Virus record (IMG/VR): IMGVR_UViG_3300027852_000010
Source: a virus
Length of the DNA: 45,252 bases
Strand: one strand, 5' to 3'
Positions 25,023 to 32,187 of the stretch are shown here, one piece after another (the first letter of the stretch is position 1; each line of letters opens with the position of its first letter). Both the position numbers and the translations under genes were made by a program. Under the pieces are notes generated by a model. The model saw only the letters and a list, made by a program, of their open reading frames with translations. It did not search any database and had not been told where the DNA came from.

Positions 25023-25223
25023 CTATTCCATTGTTACCCTACCTGCGTATAACAGGCAATGATTGTTAGGTTCTACGTTATCTATTACTGTTTCTATTTC
25101 TGCTATCTCAAACCATATCTTATCATGACATTTAGGATCATCTATGTCTATTGGTATAGACATTTCAATCTTCGCATTTTCTGGCCAGTCTTCTAACGCT
25201 TTTATTAATTCACTTTTCGTCAT
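25023..25223 (-). CDS. Early small protein, paralog A (66 aa from ATG 25223)
   Basis: GGAGGAAGTT precedes ATG 25223 (MTKSELIKALEDWPEN...). This is the first gene downstream of promoter P1. Confidence 0.75.
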   Translation of the reverse strand: MTKSELIKALEDWPENAKIEMSIPIDIDDPKCHDKIWFEIAEIETVIDNVEPNNHCLLYAGRVTME

Positions 25224-25284
25224 AACTTCCTCCATTGCTTATTATTATTATTACCTATAAAACCTATCTCACTTTCATAATCTC

Positions 25285-25313
25285 ATCATATCACAATTAT
25301 CACCAATTGTCAA
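25285..25313 (-). promoter_or_regulatory. Sigma70-type promoter P1: TTGACA-17 nt-TATGAT, with two GTGATA 9-mers in the spacer and -10 region
   Basis: The reverse complement reads TTGACAaTTGGTGATAATTGTGATATGAT. Confidence 0.75.
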
Positions 25314-25370
25314 TAAGATGCGATTCTAAGAGAGTTTTTATCCTCATTATTCGCTCTATTCCATTCCATT

Positions 25371-25394
25371 CTTCATTCATAATCCAAACGTAGG
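25371..25394 (+). promoter_or_regulatory. Phage motif copy M16, diverged and plus-oriented (CTTCATTCATAATCCAAACGTAGG), facing non-coding DNA
   Basis: Read directly. Confidence 0.5.
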
Positions 25395-25431
25395 TATGAT
25401 GACGTAGATCTGATGATGTAGGTATGGATGT
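25390..25431 (+). repeat. Three tandem 14-mers: GTAGGTATGATGAC, GTAGATCTGATGAT and GTAGGTATGGATGT
   Basis: Read directly. Confidence 0.8.
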
Positions 25432-25487
25432 GATCTGAATTCCGCTCAACTATCTTTGGCCCAGAGCTCTGCCTCCCTGATTGGTCT

Positions 25488-25514
25488 TATCACCAATATC
25501 ACCCATATCACCCA
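25488..25514 (-). repeat. Left iteron array: three contiguous 9-mers (TATCACCAA, TATCACCCA, TATCACCCA)
   Basis: Read directly. It is the inverted partner of 25764-25790. Confidence 0.9.
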
Positions 25515-25763
25515 CAGCCCCTCTCTTAGGTACAAATCCATTTAAATGTAGATTTGAGAATCTGTGTTCAATTGGTGAACATAGAGTGAGAGTAGATTCT
25601 CCTTCTTCCTTCCCCTTTTCCTTATATATATCTCTTAATAGGAGAGATAGGGGTTTAAGGGTTTCCTCTTTTATATATATTTCTAAGAACACCTATACCT
25701 ACCTAAGGACACCCTTACCCACCCTCCTGCGTTTGGGCACAATTGCCCCTAGGGGAGGGCCCA

Positions 25764-25790
25764 TGGGTGATACTAGTGATACGGGTGATA
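25764..25790 (+). repeat. Right iteron array: three contiguous 9-mers (TGGGTGATA, CTAGTGATA, CGGGTGATA)
   Basis: Read directly. It lies 249 bp from the left array, in inverted orientation. Confidence 0.9.
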
Positions 25791-25881
25791 CGCATTCATT
25801 CTTCGCTCTCACATCTCTCACCCTCAGCATAGCTCCGCGAGGGCCGGCCGGTAAGGATCAGCTCCGCTCTTCCACTCCGCT

Positions 25882-25904
25882 CTTCATTCACAATTTAAAC
25901 ATAG
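25882..25904 (+). promoter_or_regulatory. Phage motif copy M17, diverged and plus-oriented (CTTCATTCACAATTTAAACATAG), facing the 3' end of a minus-strand gene
   Basis: Read directly. Confidence 0.5.
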
Positions 25905-25968
25905 TTGGCATGTTTCAGACCAATCGCTTACTCATGGAGATCAGGAATATTATTAGTGATTAGTTTAC

Positions 25969-26376
25969 CTAAATCTCATCATCATCTCTATCTGTGATTC
26001 CTGTTCCTGCTCCCCGCTCTGCTTTAAGTGCCTCCAGCAATTCAATTTGCCTATCCAACTCAGCGTCAGTCATAGCGGCACTGGTAGCAAGTGCATTTGC
26101 GGCTTCCTGACTAACCATCACCCTCCAGCTAATTTCCTGCCCGTCATAGGTCTCTTTCAACCTTTTCTCATTCAGCTTTTTCATGCTTGGTCTGGCGCTT
26201 ACTTTCATAGCGTCCCATGCTTTTCTAACAAGCGTCTCAATTGGCATACCTTCAAAATCCACTATCGGGCATATAGCCGGATTCGTCGATTCATCTAACC
26301 GTACGTTAAAATAAGCGCTATGTACCAGATTCTTAATTCTACCTCCAACTATTTCTACCTTATCCCATTTACTCAT
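25969..26376 (-). CDS. Hypothetical protein (135 aa from ATG 26376), GC-richer than the genome background
   Basis: AAGGAGAACTATC precedes ATG 26376 (MSKWDKVEIVGG...). The gene has its own sigma70-type promoter, P2. Confidence 0.75.
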   Translation of the reverse strand: MSKWDKVEIVGGRIKNLVHSAYFNVRLDESTNPAICPIVDFEGMPIETLVRKAWDAMKVSARPSMKKLNEKRLKETYDGQEISWRVMVSQEAANALATSAAMTDAELDRQIELLEALKAERGAGTGITDRDDDEI

Positions 26377-26589
26377 GATAGTTCTCCTTATATCTCTTCT
26401 GCTCCTGCTCTCCATGAGTAAACGATTGACCTAACATTCCGTGTATGTTTAAGGACATGTCACCGTGGCTCACTCCTCACATCGTTACATGTGTCTGGTA
26501 GCGCTTCCCGATGAAAACATACAAACCTTATGACCGGCTAGCTTTCACCCACTCGGTATTTATCAAAGAACCTTCGTAATGTTGATTGC

Positions 26590-26618
26590 ATCATAGCATA
26601 ATTCACCCTAGTTGTCAA
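26590..26618 (-). promoter_or_regulatory. Sigma70-type promoter P2: TTGACA-17 nt-TATGAT
   Basis: The reverse complement reads TTGACAactagggtgaattatgcTATGAT. The spacer carries a GGTGAAT box variant. Confidence 0.7.
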
Positions 26619-26893
26619 ATACATGTATCTATATTCCCATAGATATCACTTATGATGGTTTATATTTCTCTCATAATATGTCTATCCACCGTGATATCCT
26701 ATAATAGGTTAGCTATATATGTAAACCAAAAGGGGGTAGATGGTTCTGAAATTCCCCAAACAACAATACTCACAAAATTTTCTAGAATCCCTAATGCCAC
26801 CATTCATAGGAGCTCTCCCGGGAGGGAGAGAGATCTCTGCAGAAGCCTTTTGGGCCAACTCTTCTATCCCTCTCATTCTTCCTTCAGCTATCT

Positions 26894-26914
26894 GCGTTTA
26901 AATTTTGAATGAAG
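26894..26914 (-). promoter_or_regulatory. Phage motif copy M9 (CTTCATTCAAAATTTAAACGC), about 520 nt upstream of ATG 26376
   Basis: Read directly. Confidence 0.7.
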
Positions 26915-26925
26915 GGCGTGGAATA

Positions 26926-26949
26926 GGAGATCGGGAGATTGGGAGATGT
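26926..26949 (+). repeat. Three tandem 8-mers: GGAGATCG, GGAGATTG and GGAGATGT
   Basis: Read directly. The array lies between motif M9 and promoter P3. Confidence 0.85.
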
Positions 26950-26991
26950 GAGTATGGTTATCTAAAAATTTCAACCATAAAATAATGCTTG

Positions 26992-27020
26992 TTGACAACT
27001 GCTTACAGTTATGATATGAT
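26992..27020 (+). promoter_or_regulatory. Sigma70-type promoter P3: TTGACA-17 nt-TATGAT, ending 6 nt before ATG 27027
   Basis: Read directly: TTGACAactgcttacagttatgaTATGATttaatcATG. Confidence 0.75.
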
Positions 27021-27026
27021 TTAATC

Positions 27027-27554
27027 ATGAGCAGAGATATGAAATATACGGATTCGAATAGAGTAAATGTGCGGAAAATGGCTCCAGGTAAATTTCGTAA
27101 AGTATACACCGTTGCTGAAATGAGCAGCAGACATCATGAGATTGCCAGGCTTTTAGTTCTTGGAATGTCTAATATAGATATTGGAAAGCATCTTGGGGTA
27201 ACACCGATGATGGTTTCTAATGTTAGGAATTCTCCAGTTGTCCAAGAACAGATAAGTTTTCTCAGTGCAAAGAAGGATGCTAAGGTATCACAGATTGCTG
27301 AAAAAATTGCTGAGACTCTCCCGAAATGTGTTGATTATTTAGCTGGAACTATTGATGATGAAGAGCTTAGTGGTTCTCTCCGAAGCAAGAATGCTTTTGG
27401 ACTTCTCGCTGCAGGTGGTCACGGAGCTACGAAGAACGTCAATGTTAGAGGAACTCATGCTATCCTCACTGCGAGTGATATTCAAGATATCAGAGAGCAG
27501 GCAGAGAACATTGGAGTATCTAATGGTTTCGTAATTGATGGAGATGATATTTAA
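27027..27554 (+). CDS. HTH DNA-binding protein, probable small terminase subunit (alternative: transcription factor)
   Basis: LuxR/sigma region-4-like HTH EIARLLVLGMSNIDIGKHLGVTPMMVSNV. The stop overlaps the TerL start (TAATG). Confidence 0.55.
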   Translation: MSRDMKYTDSNRVNVRKMAPGKFRKVYTVAEMSSRHHEIARLLVLGMSNIDIGKHLGVTPMMVSNVRNSPVVQEQISFLSAKKDAKVSQIAEKIAETLPKCVDYLAGTIDDEELSGSLRSKNAFGLLAAGGHGATKNVNVRGTHAILTASDIQDIREQAENIGVSNGFVIDGDDI

Positions 27555-29083
27555 TGGATAGTGATGTAAGAGATATATTAGTCAGATGTGCTTCGAATAC
27601 AGCTTTTCATTCTAAGTTCTTCTTCCCTGATATCTTTCGAACACCCTTTCATAATCTTCACAGAGAGATCTTAGATAAAGTAGATTCCCCAGAAGAAAGG
27701 GTAGTTGTAGCGGCTCCTCGAGGGATTGGAAAAACTTCCATTATGCTTTATGGTTTGGCCAGTCGTAATATCCTTTTTGAGCAGAAGAAATTTATCGTAT
27801 ATCTATCTAACAGTGCTGAGAATGCTGTGCTTCAGACTGACTCACTCAAGCATGAGCTTCTGAGTAACCCTTTGATCAGGAAATTTTTTGGAAGTATTAA
27901 GACCCGGAGAGTGGAAGAAGAGTATGAAGAGCAATTTTCAAAGAAGGCCTGGATAACTTCCGGTGGCACGATGGTTCTTCCACGTGGAATGGGGCAACAG
28001 ATTCGAGGACTCCTCTACCGTTCACGTCGCCCAGATCTTATTATCATAGATGATTATGAGGATAAGGATGAGATCATGAATGAGAAGATTCGAAAGAAGA
28101 ATAAAGAGCGTTTCTTTTCTGATGTCATGAAGTGCATATCTCGCTATGATAATGATTATAAGTTTGTATATATAGATACTCTCAAACATGAAGATGCTTT
28201 GCTTCAAGATCTTTTAGAAGCTTCTGAGTGGTCAGGAATCTGCCAAAGTGTCTGTGATGATGATTATAACTCACTTGCTCCAAGTTTCATGACTACTGAG
28301 GAAATTAAGAAGGAGGTTAAAGATCATGAAGAAAAAGGACTTCTTGATGTATTTTACAGAGAAATGCGGAATATCCCTGTGGCAAGTTCTAATGCTACTT
28401 TTAAAAAGGATTACTTCAAGTATTACCAGGAAGGAATTCTTCAGCTTACAGTTAACGTGGAAGAGCCTTCTGAGACATCTGCTGGAAAAATTGAGAAACT
28501 TCCGATAGATAATTTAATAAACTTCGTAATCATCGATCCCGCGAAAGAGGTTCAGATTCATAATGCTGATACTGCTATTGTAGGAGTAGGGGTCGATCGA
28601 ACCTCACAGGCGATCTTCATTCGAGATATAGTATCTGGAAAAATGTTCCCAGATCAAATTTATAAAGAAGCTTTTCAAATGATCTACCGCTTGAAGGCTC
28701 GAATTCTTGCTGTCGAAGTTACGTCCCTCCATCAGTTTATCTCACAGCCATTTCAGAATGCTATGAGGGTTGAGAATGTATTTGCAGAATACCATGAGCT
28801 TAAAGCTGTTGGAAAGAAGGAAGAGAGAATCTCAAGTATGGCTCCTTATTATCGGCAGGGTCAAGTTTATCATAATAGATTAGTCTGCGGGAAACTTGAG
28901 GGTCAGCTTATGAGTTTTCCTCGCTCAAAGCTTCTTGACATAATGGATGCAGTTGGATATATCCCTAAACTCTTAGATGATTTTAAGATGTATTTCGACC
29001 CTATATTCACTGATCCTGAGGTTGATGAGTTTCAAGATATCACTTATGATAAGTCCTTAAATTTCAAAACAAGAGCCTTGTAA
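27554..29083 (+). CDS. terL: Terminase large subunit
   Basis: Walker A VVAAPRGIGKTS, Walker B DLIIIDDYED, and RNase H-like nuclease acidic residues (FVIIDPAKE, DTAIVGVG). Confidence 0.9.
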   Translation: MDSDVRDILVRCASNTAFHSKFFFPDIFRTPFHNLHREILDKVDSPEERVVVAAPRGIGKTSIMLYGLASRNILFEQKKFIVYLSNSAENAVLQTDSLKHELLSNPLIRKFFGSIKTRRVEEEYEEQFSKKAWITSGGTMVLPRGMGQQIRGLLYRSRRPDLIIIDDYEDKDEIMNEKIRKKNKERFFSDVMKCISRYDNDYKFVYIDTLKHEDALLQDLLEASEWSGICQSVCDDDYNSLAPSFMTTEEIKKEVKDHEEKGLLDVFYREMRNIPVASSNATFKKDYFKYYQEGILQLTVNVEEPSETSAGKIEKLPIDNLINFVIIDPAKEVQIHNADTAIVGVGVDRTSQAIFIRDIVSGKMFPDQIYKEAFQMIYRLKARILAVEVTSLHQFISQPFQNAMRVENVFAEYHELKAVGKKEERISSMAPYYRQGQVYHNRLVCGKLEGQLMSFPRSKLLDIMDAVGYIPKLLDDFKMYFDPIFTDPEVDEFQDITYDKSLNFKTRAL

Positions 29084-29107
29084 CTATATTCAATTTTTAA
29101 ACATAGG
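29084..29107 (+). promoter_or_regulatory. Phage motif copy M11 (CTATATTCAATTTTTAAACATAGG), starting 1 nt after the TerL stop
   Basis: Read directly. Confidence 0.75.
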
Positions 29108-29110
29108 AAA

Positions 29111-29479
29111 ATGATTATGCTTTTTAAAAAAGATGATGATAGAAAGATTTCAAAATTCTCCACAGCATGGACTTCAGATGGTTCTGGTGATGCCACAGTT
29201 CTTCTTGCAGATTACAGTGGATATGAGATTGTAGCAGTTCAGACTGTTCCTGGAGAGGATGGAGATCTTGCCACAGACCTTCCAACTGCTGATTATAATG
29301 CGACTTTGATTGATGCTTATGGCATGGACTGGTTTTATGAAGAAGGGCTTGATCGAAGTGGAACAGTTGCTGAAGCTTTTTGTAAGGATGGTCAGATACC
29401 TTTCCCAGATTCCGCAACTCTTACTATTGATAGTGCTGGTGCGAGTAATCAAGGTATTGTTAATATCTGGATAGCTTAG
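29111..29479 (+). CDS. Hypothetical protein (122 aa; start may be ATG 29117)
   Basis: The AGGAAA of motif M11 lies immediately upstream. Confidence 0.7.
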   Translation: MIMLFKKDDDRKISKFSTAWTSDGSGDATVLLADYSGYEIVAVQTVPGEDGDLATDLPTADYNATLIDAYGMDWFYEEGLDRSGTVAEAFCKDGQIPFPDSATLTIDSAGASNQGIVNIWIA

Positions 29480-29487
29480 GAGAACTC

Positions 29488-30288
29488 ATGAGTGATTTTA
29501 CAATAGCTCCTTATACTGTATCCCCATTTAAAAGTGCTCCTTTTACGACAAACCCTTGGACTGGTATCTCTGCATTTGAGTTCACTAACACAGGTGCAAC
29601 TATCTCCCCAGTTATCACAGTAACCGGAACGCCTGAGATCCTTTGGACGTGGAGTGATGGCACAACAGATAATGTGGCTAATCCAGGAGTGAAGACGGTT
29701 ACTGGGACACATACATTACTGGTCACACCTTGGTCTGCGGTTACTATATTTAATTTTGAACTTCAGTTTGTATCAGATATTGTTCTACAAGAATGGGAGG
29801 GCTTAGAAGAACTACTTTTTAACAACAATTCTTTTTATAGTACTGTAACTACTTACGAATGGAGCGAGTTAACTGACTTACGATTGGACAATTGCCATAT
29901 TTCAGGTGTGTTTACTACATGGGAATGGGAAAATCTTGATAGGATATTTATACACGGAAATACTATTTCAGGTTCCTTTGTTTTTAGAAATTGGGATAAT
30001 TTGGTGCATATTCGGATAAATGAGAATAATATAACATCTTTTGAGGGTAGCTTACAAACACAAGTAAAAGCAACTCTATTTTATTTGCATAATAATAATG
30101 TTTCTTCCCAAACTAACATAGATAAAGTGTTATCTGATCTGCTTGTTAATGCTGCGGCTGCACTTAGATGGGGTTCTGCGGCTACTGTTGCCCTATCTGG
30201 AGCTAACATGTCAGCACCTTCGGCAGCAGGTATAGCAGATGCCGCAACATTGGTGGCAACATATGGTTGGACAGTAACTCACGAGTAA
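29488..30288 (+). CDS. Leucine-rich-repeat-like protein (266 aa)
   Basis: Periodic units of about 24 aa: WEGLEELLFNNNSF, WSELTDLRLDNCHISG, WENLDRIFIHGNTISG and WDNLVHIRINENNITS. SD AGGAGAACTC is present. Confidence 0.65.
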   Translation: MSDFTIAPYTVSPFKSAPFTTNPWTGISAFEFTNTGATISPVITVTGTPEILWTWSDGTTDNVANPGVKTVTGTHTLLVTPWSAVTIFNFELQFVSDIVLQEWEGLEELLFNNNSFYSTVTTYEWSELTDLRLDNCHISGVFTTWEWENLDRIFIHGNTISGSFVFRNWDNLVHIRINENNITSFEGSLQTQVKATLFYLHNNNVSSQTNIDKVLSDLLVNAAAALRWGSAATVALSGANMSAPSAAGIADAATLVATYGWTVTHE

Positions 30289-30301
30289 GGAGATAATAAT
30301 A

Positions 30302-30727
30302 ATGGCTGTACCCGAAGTAAAAATAGAAATAATAAAAGATAAATCTTTTTCTAAGACTCTTACAAAAGAAAAGTCTTGGAGATTAATTTATGATGACGCT
30401 GATGAAGTCACTCATCTCTTTGAAAGCTCAGGCGTAACATACACACCTGGTGTCATGAAGTGCTTCGAGACAAATGAAGAAGCTGGGGCAGAGATTGAGA
30501 GTAAGTACTTAAAATGTCATAAGGCTGTGATAAAAGATGAAGTTGTTGAGAGTTTAACAGAGCTTAAAACTAACACTGCAATAGCATTGAAAGCAGGAGA
30601 AAAGATATTTTACTCTGCTGATCTTGATGATTTTAAGGTATACGCACGTGAACAAAAGTTAGATATTGAGAAGGTCAGAGATATTTTATTTAAAGATGTT
30701 ATTAAGATGGCAACTGAGATAAAGTAG
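30302..30727 (+). CDS. Hypothetical protein (141 aa)
   Basis: SD TAAGGAGATAATAATA is present. Confidence 0.75.
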   Translation: MAVPEVKIEIIKDKSFSKTLTKEKSWRLIYDDADEVTHLFESSGVTYTPGVMKCFETNEEAGAEIESKYLKCHKAVIKDEVVESLTELKTNTAIALKAGEKIFYSADLDDFKVYAREQKLDIEKVRDILFKDVIKMATEIK

Positions 30728-30753
30728 GTAATTAAATGACAGTAATTAGAATT

Positions 30754-30770
30754 ATTTAAATTTGAATGGA
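30754..30770 (-). promoter_or_regulatory. Partial, reverse-oriented motif-like sequence (ATTTAAATTTGAATGGA)
   Basis: Read directly. It matches only the core of the 24-nt motif. Confidence 0.3.
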
Positions 30771-30788
30771 TACTGGGAGTTTACGACT

Positions 30789-31052
30789 ATGGATTGGAAG
30801 GAATTTTGTAGTTATTTTATTAGCGGGCTGTCTTTTCTTATAAATAAAATTCCTCATACATGTGAGGAGTGGACGAGTTTTTTCATAATGGTTACGGTTA
30901 TAGTTACATTTTTCTTTATAACACTCCCAAGAGCTCTGTTTACTAAGAGATATCTATATAAAAAAAGTAAGATAGCGGGAGCGGGAGATGATAAAGAAGA
31001 TACTCAGGATTTATTAGATGAAGTTTCAAGAACATCTTATAATAACTTTTAA
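30789..31052 (+). CDS. Holin candidate (87 aa from ATG 30789, two hydrophobic helices and a charged C-terminus)
   Basis: Hydrophobic helices FCSYFISGLSFLI and WTSFFIMVTVIVTFFFITLP. GGGAG lies 9 nt before the ATG. The gene sits immediately upstream of the amidase. Confidence 0.55.
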   Translation: MDWKEFCSYFISGLSFLINKIPHTCEEWTSFFIMVTVIVTFFFITLPRALFTKRYLYKKSKIAGAGDDKEDTQDLLDEVSRTSYNNF

Positions 31053-31075
31053 GATTCTATCGAGGAGAGCGAATA

Positions 31076-31627
31076 ATGCCATCTCAGATAATTATAGATC
31101 CAGGGCATGGGGGTTTAGATAACGGAGCTTCTTATGGTTATGAGGATGAGGATGATGCGAATCTTGCCATTGGATACTATCTCAATTACGAACTATCATT
31201 AGCAGGGATTAAGAATACTATGACTCGGGAGAAGGATGAAGATGTTTCTCTTGAGCAGCGTGTTATATTAGCTAATGTAAAGAACCCTAAATTATTCATA
31301 TCCCTTCACTGTGATGCTTTTCATGATCATACAGTCTCTGGAATGACAGTTCATGTTTATAGACACCCTTCAGCATTTGCTCTTTATGCTGCGAATATAA
31401 TAGTGTCTCAGTTAAAGTTAAATTTTCCTGATCAGAAGCATAGAGGGATAAAGAAGAGTAATTTTGAGGTACTTCGGGATACTACTATGCCAGCTGTCTT
31501 AGTTGAGTGTGAGTTCTTAAGTAACTTTAAGTCTCGAGAGTTTCTTAAAGAGCCTGAGAATAGAAGATCCTTAGCACGTGTTTTAAAAAATAGTTGTTTC
31601 AGTTATTTAGATTATCGAGGAATCTAA
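31076..31627 (+). CDS. N-acetylmuramoyl-L-alanine amidase (Amidase_3-type endolysin)
   Basis: Motifs read: IIDPGHGGLDNGA, SLHCDA and VLVECEFLSN. Confidence 0.85.
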   Translation: MPSQIIIDPGHGGLDNGASYGYEDEDDANLAIGYYLNYELSLAGIKNTMTREKDEDVSLEQRVILANVKNPKLFISLHCDAFHDHTVSGMTVHVYRHPSAFALYAANIIVSQLKLNFPDQKHRGIKKSNFEVLRDTTMPAVLVECEFLSNFKSREFLKEPENRRSLARVLKNSCFSYLDYRGI

Positions 31628-32151
31628 TGAATATACTAACAAATAATGAGATCCTTAATATTCCAGAAGAAGATCTTCCACTATTAGTTCTAAGCTTTAA
31701 TTACAGAAGTGTTATTTCATCTTTAATTAATATAAGAAAGAAATCTCACTATAACCATTTCATGATTTATCATAAGCCAGGATTCTTTGCTTCACAAGGA
31801 GCTTCTTTTACTGAGGAGCCTGTAGAAGATTATCTCACTCATCATAGATTAAAGTTCTGGCATAATCCTGAATGGACTTCTATAGATAAGAAACGGATGC
31901 AGAATCAGATTAAAAAATGGCTAACAGTTGGGAAGCTTAAATCAAGATATGATTGGATAGCTATTATAGGGCAGTTAATTGGAATTAAAAGTCTTCAAAA
32001 TCCTTATACACGAATCTGCTCTGACTATGCAGATATATTAGAAATTGCTGACCTTAATTATGATCTTTCTCATCCAGCTCCAAATGACGTTAATAATTGG
32101 TTGAAGAGTTATTCTATGTATCAAGTTTATGGTAGATACTTAGTGGATTAA
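31627..32151 (+). CDS. Hypothetical protein (174 aa), possible permuted papain-fold (YiiX/NlpC-like) peptidase
   Basis: TAATG overlap with the amidase stop. A His (NHFMIYHK) precedes a Cys (RICSDYADIL). The functional call is tentative. Confidence 0.4.
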   Translation: MNILTNNEILNIPEEDLPLLVLSFNYRSVISSLINIRKKSHYNHFMIYHKPGFFASQGASFTEEPVEDYLTHHRLKFWHNPEWTSIDKKRMQNQIKKWLTVGKLKSRYDWIAIIGQLIGIKSLQNPYTRICSDYADILEIADLNYDLSHPAPNDVNNWLKSYSMYQVYGRYLVD

Positions 32152-32152
32152 T

Positions 32153-32176
32153 CTATATTCAAAATTTAAACAAAGG
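32153..32176 (+). promoter_or_regulatory. Phage motif copy M13 (CTATATTCAAAATTTAAACAAAGG)
   Basis: Read directly. Confidence 0.8.
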
Positions 32177-32187
32177 AGATTGGAACT

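Noticed and set aside
25488-25790. CRISPR array reading of the repeated 9-mers
   Set aside because: The repeats are contiguous 9-mers with no spacers, arranged as an inverted pair. There are no cas genes.
25481-25963. 160-aa plus-strand ORF and overlapping 80-aa minus-strand ORF (25450-25692) in the control region
   Set aside because: Neither has an SD. The translations are low-complexity (SPISPISPT, GDMGDIGDK) because they simply read through the 9-mer iterons and palindromes. They overlap each other on opposite strands. I treat them as non-coding.
26652-27109. ORFs 26652-26912 (+) and 26888-27109 (-)
   Set aside because: No ribosome-binding sites. They run across promoter P3, the 8-mer repeats and motif copy M9. 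The minus ORF overlaps the start of the HTH gene in antisense.
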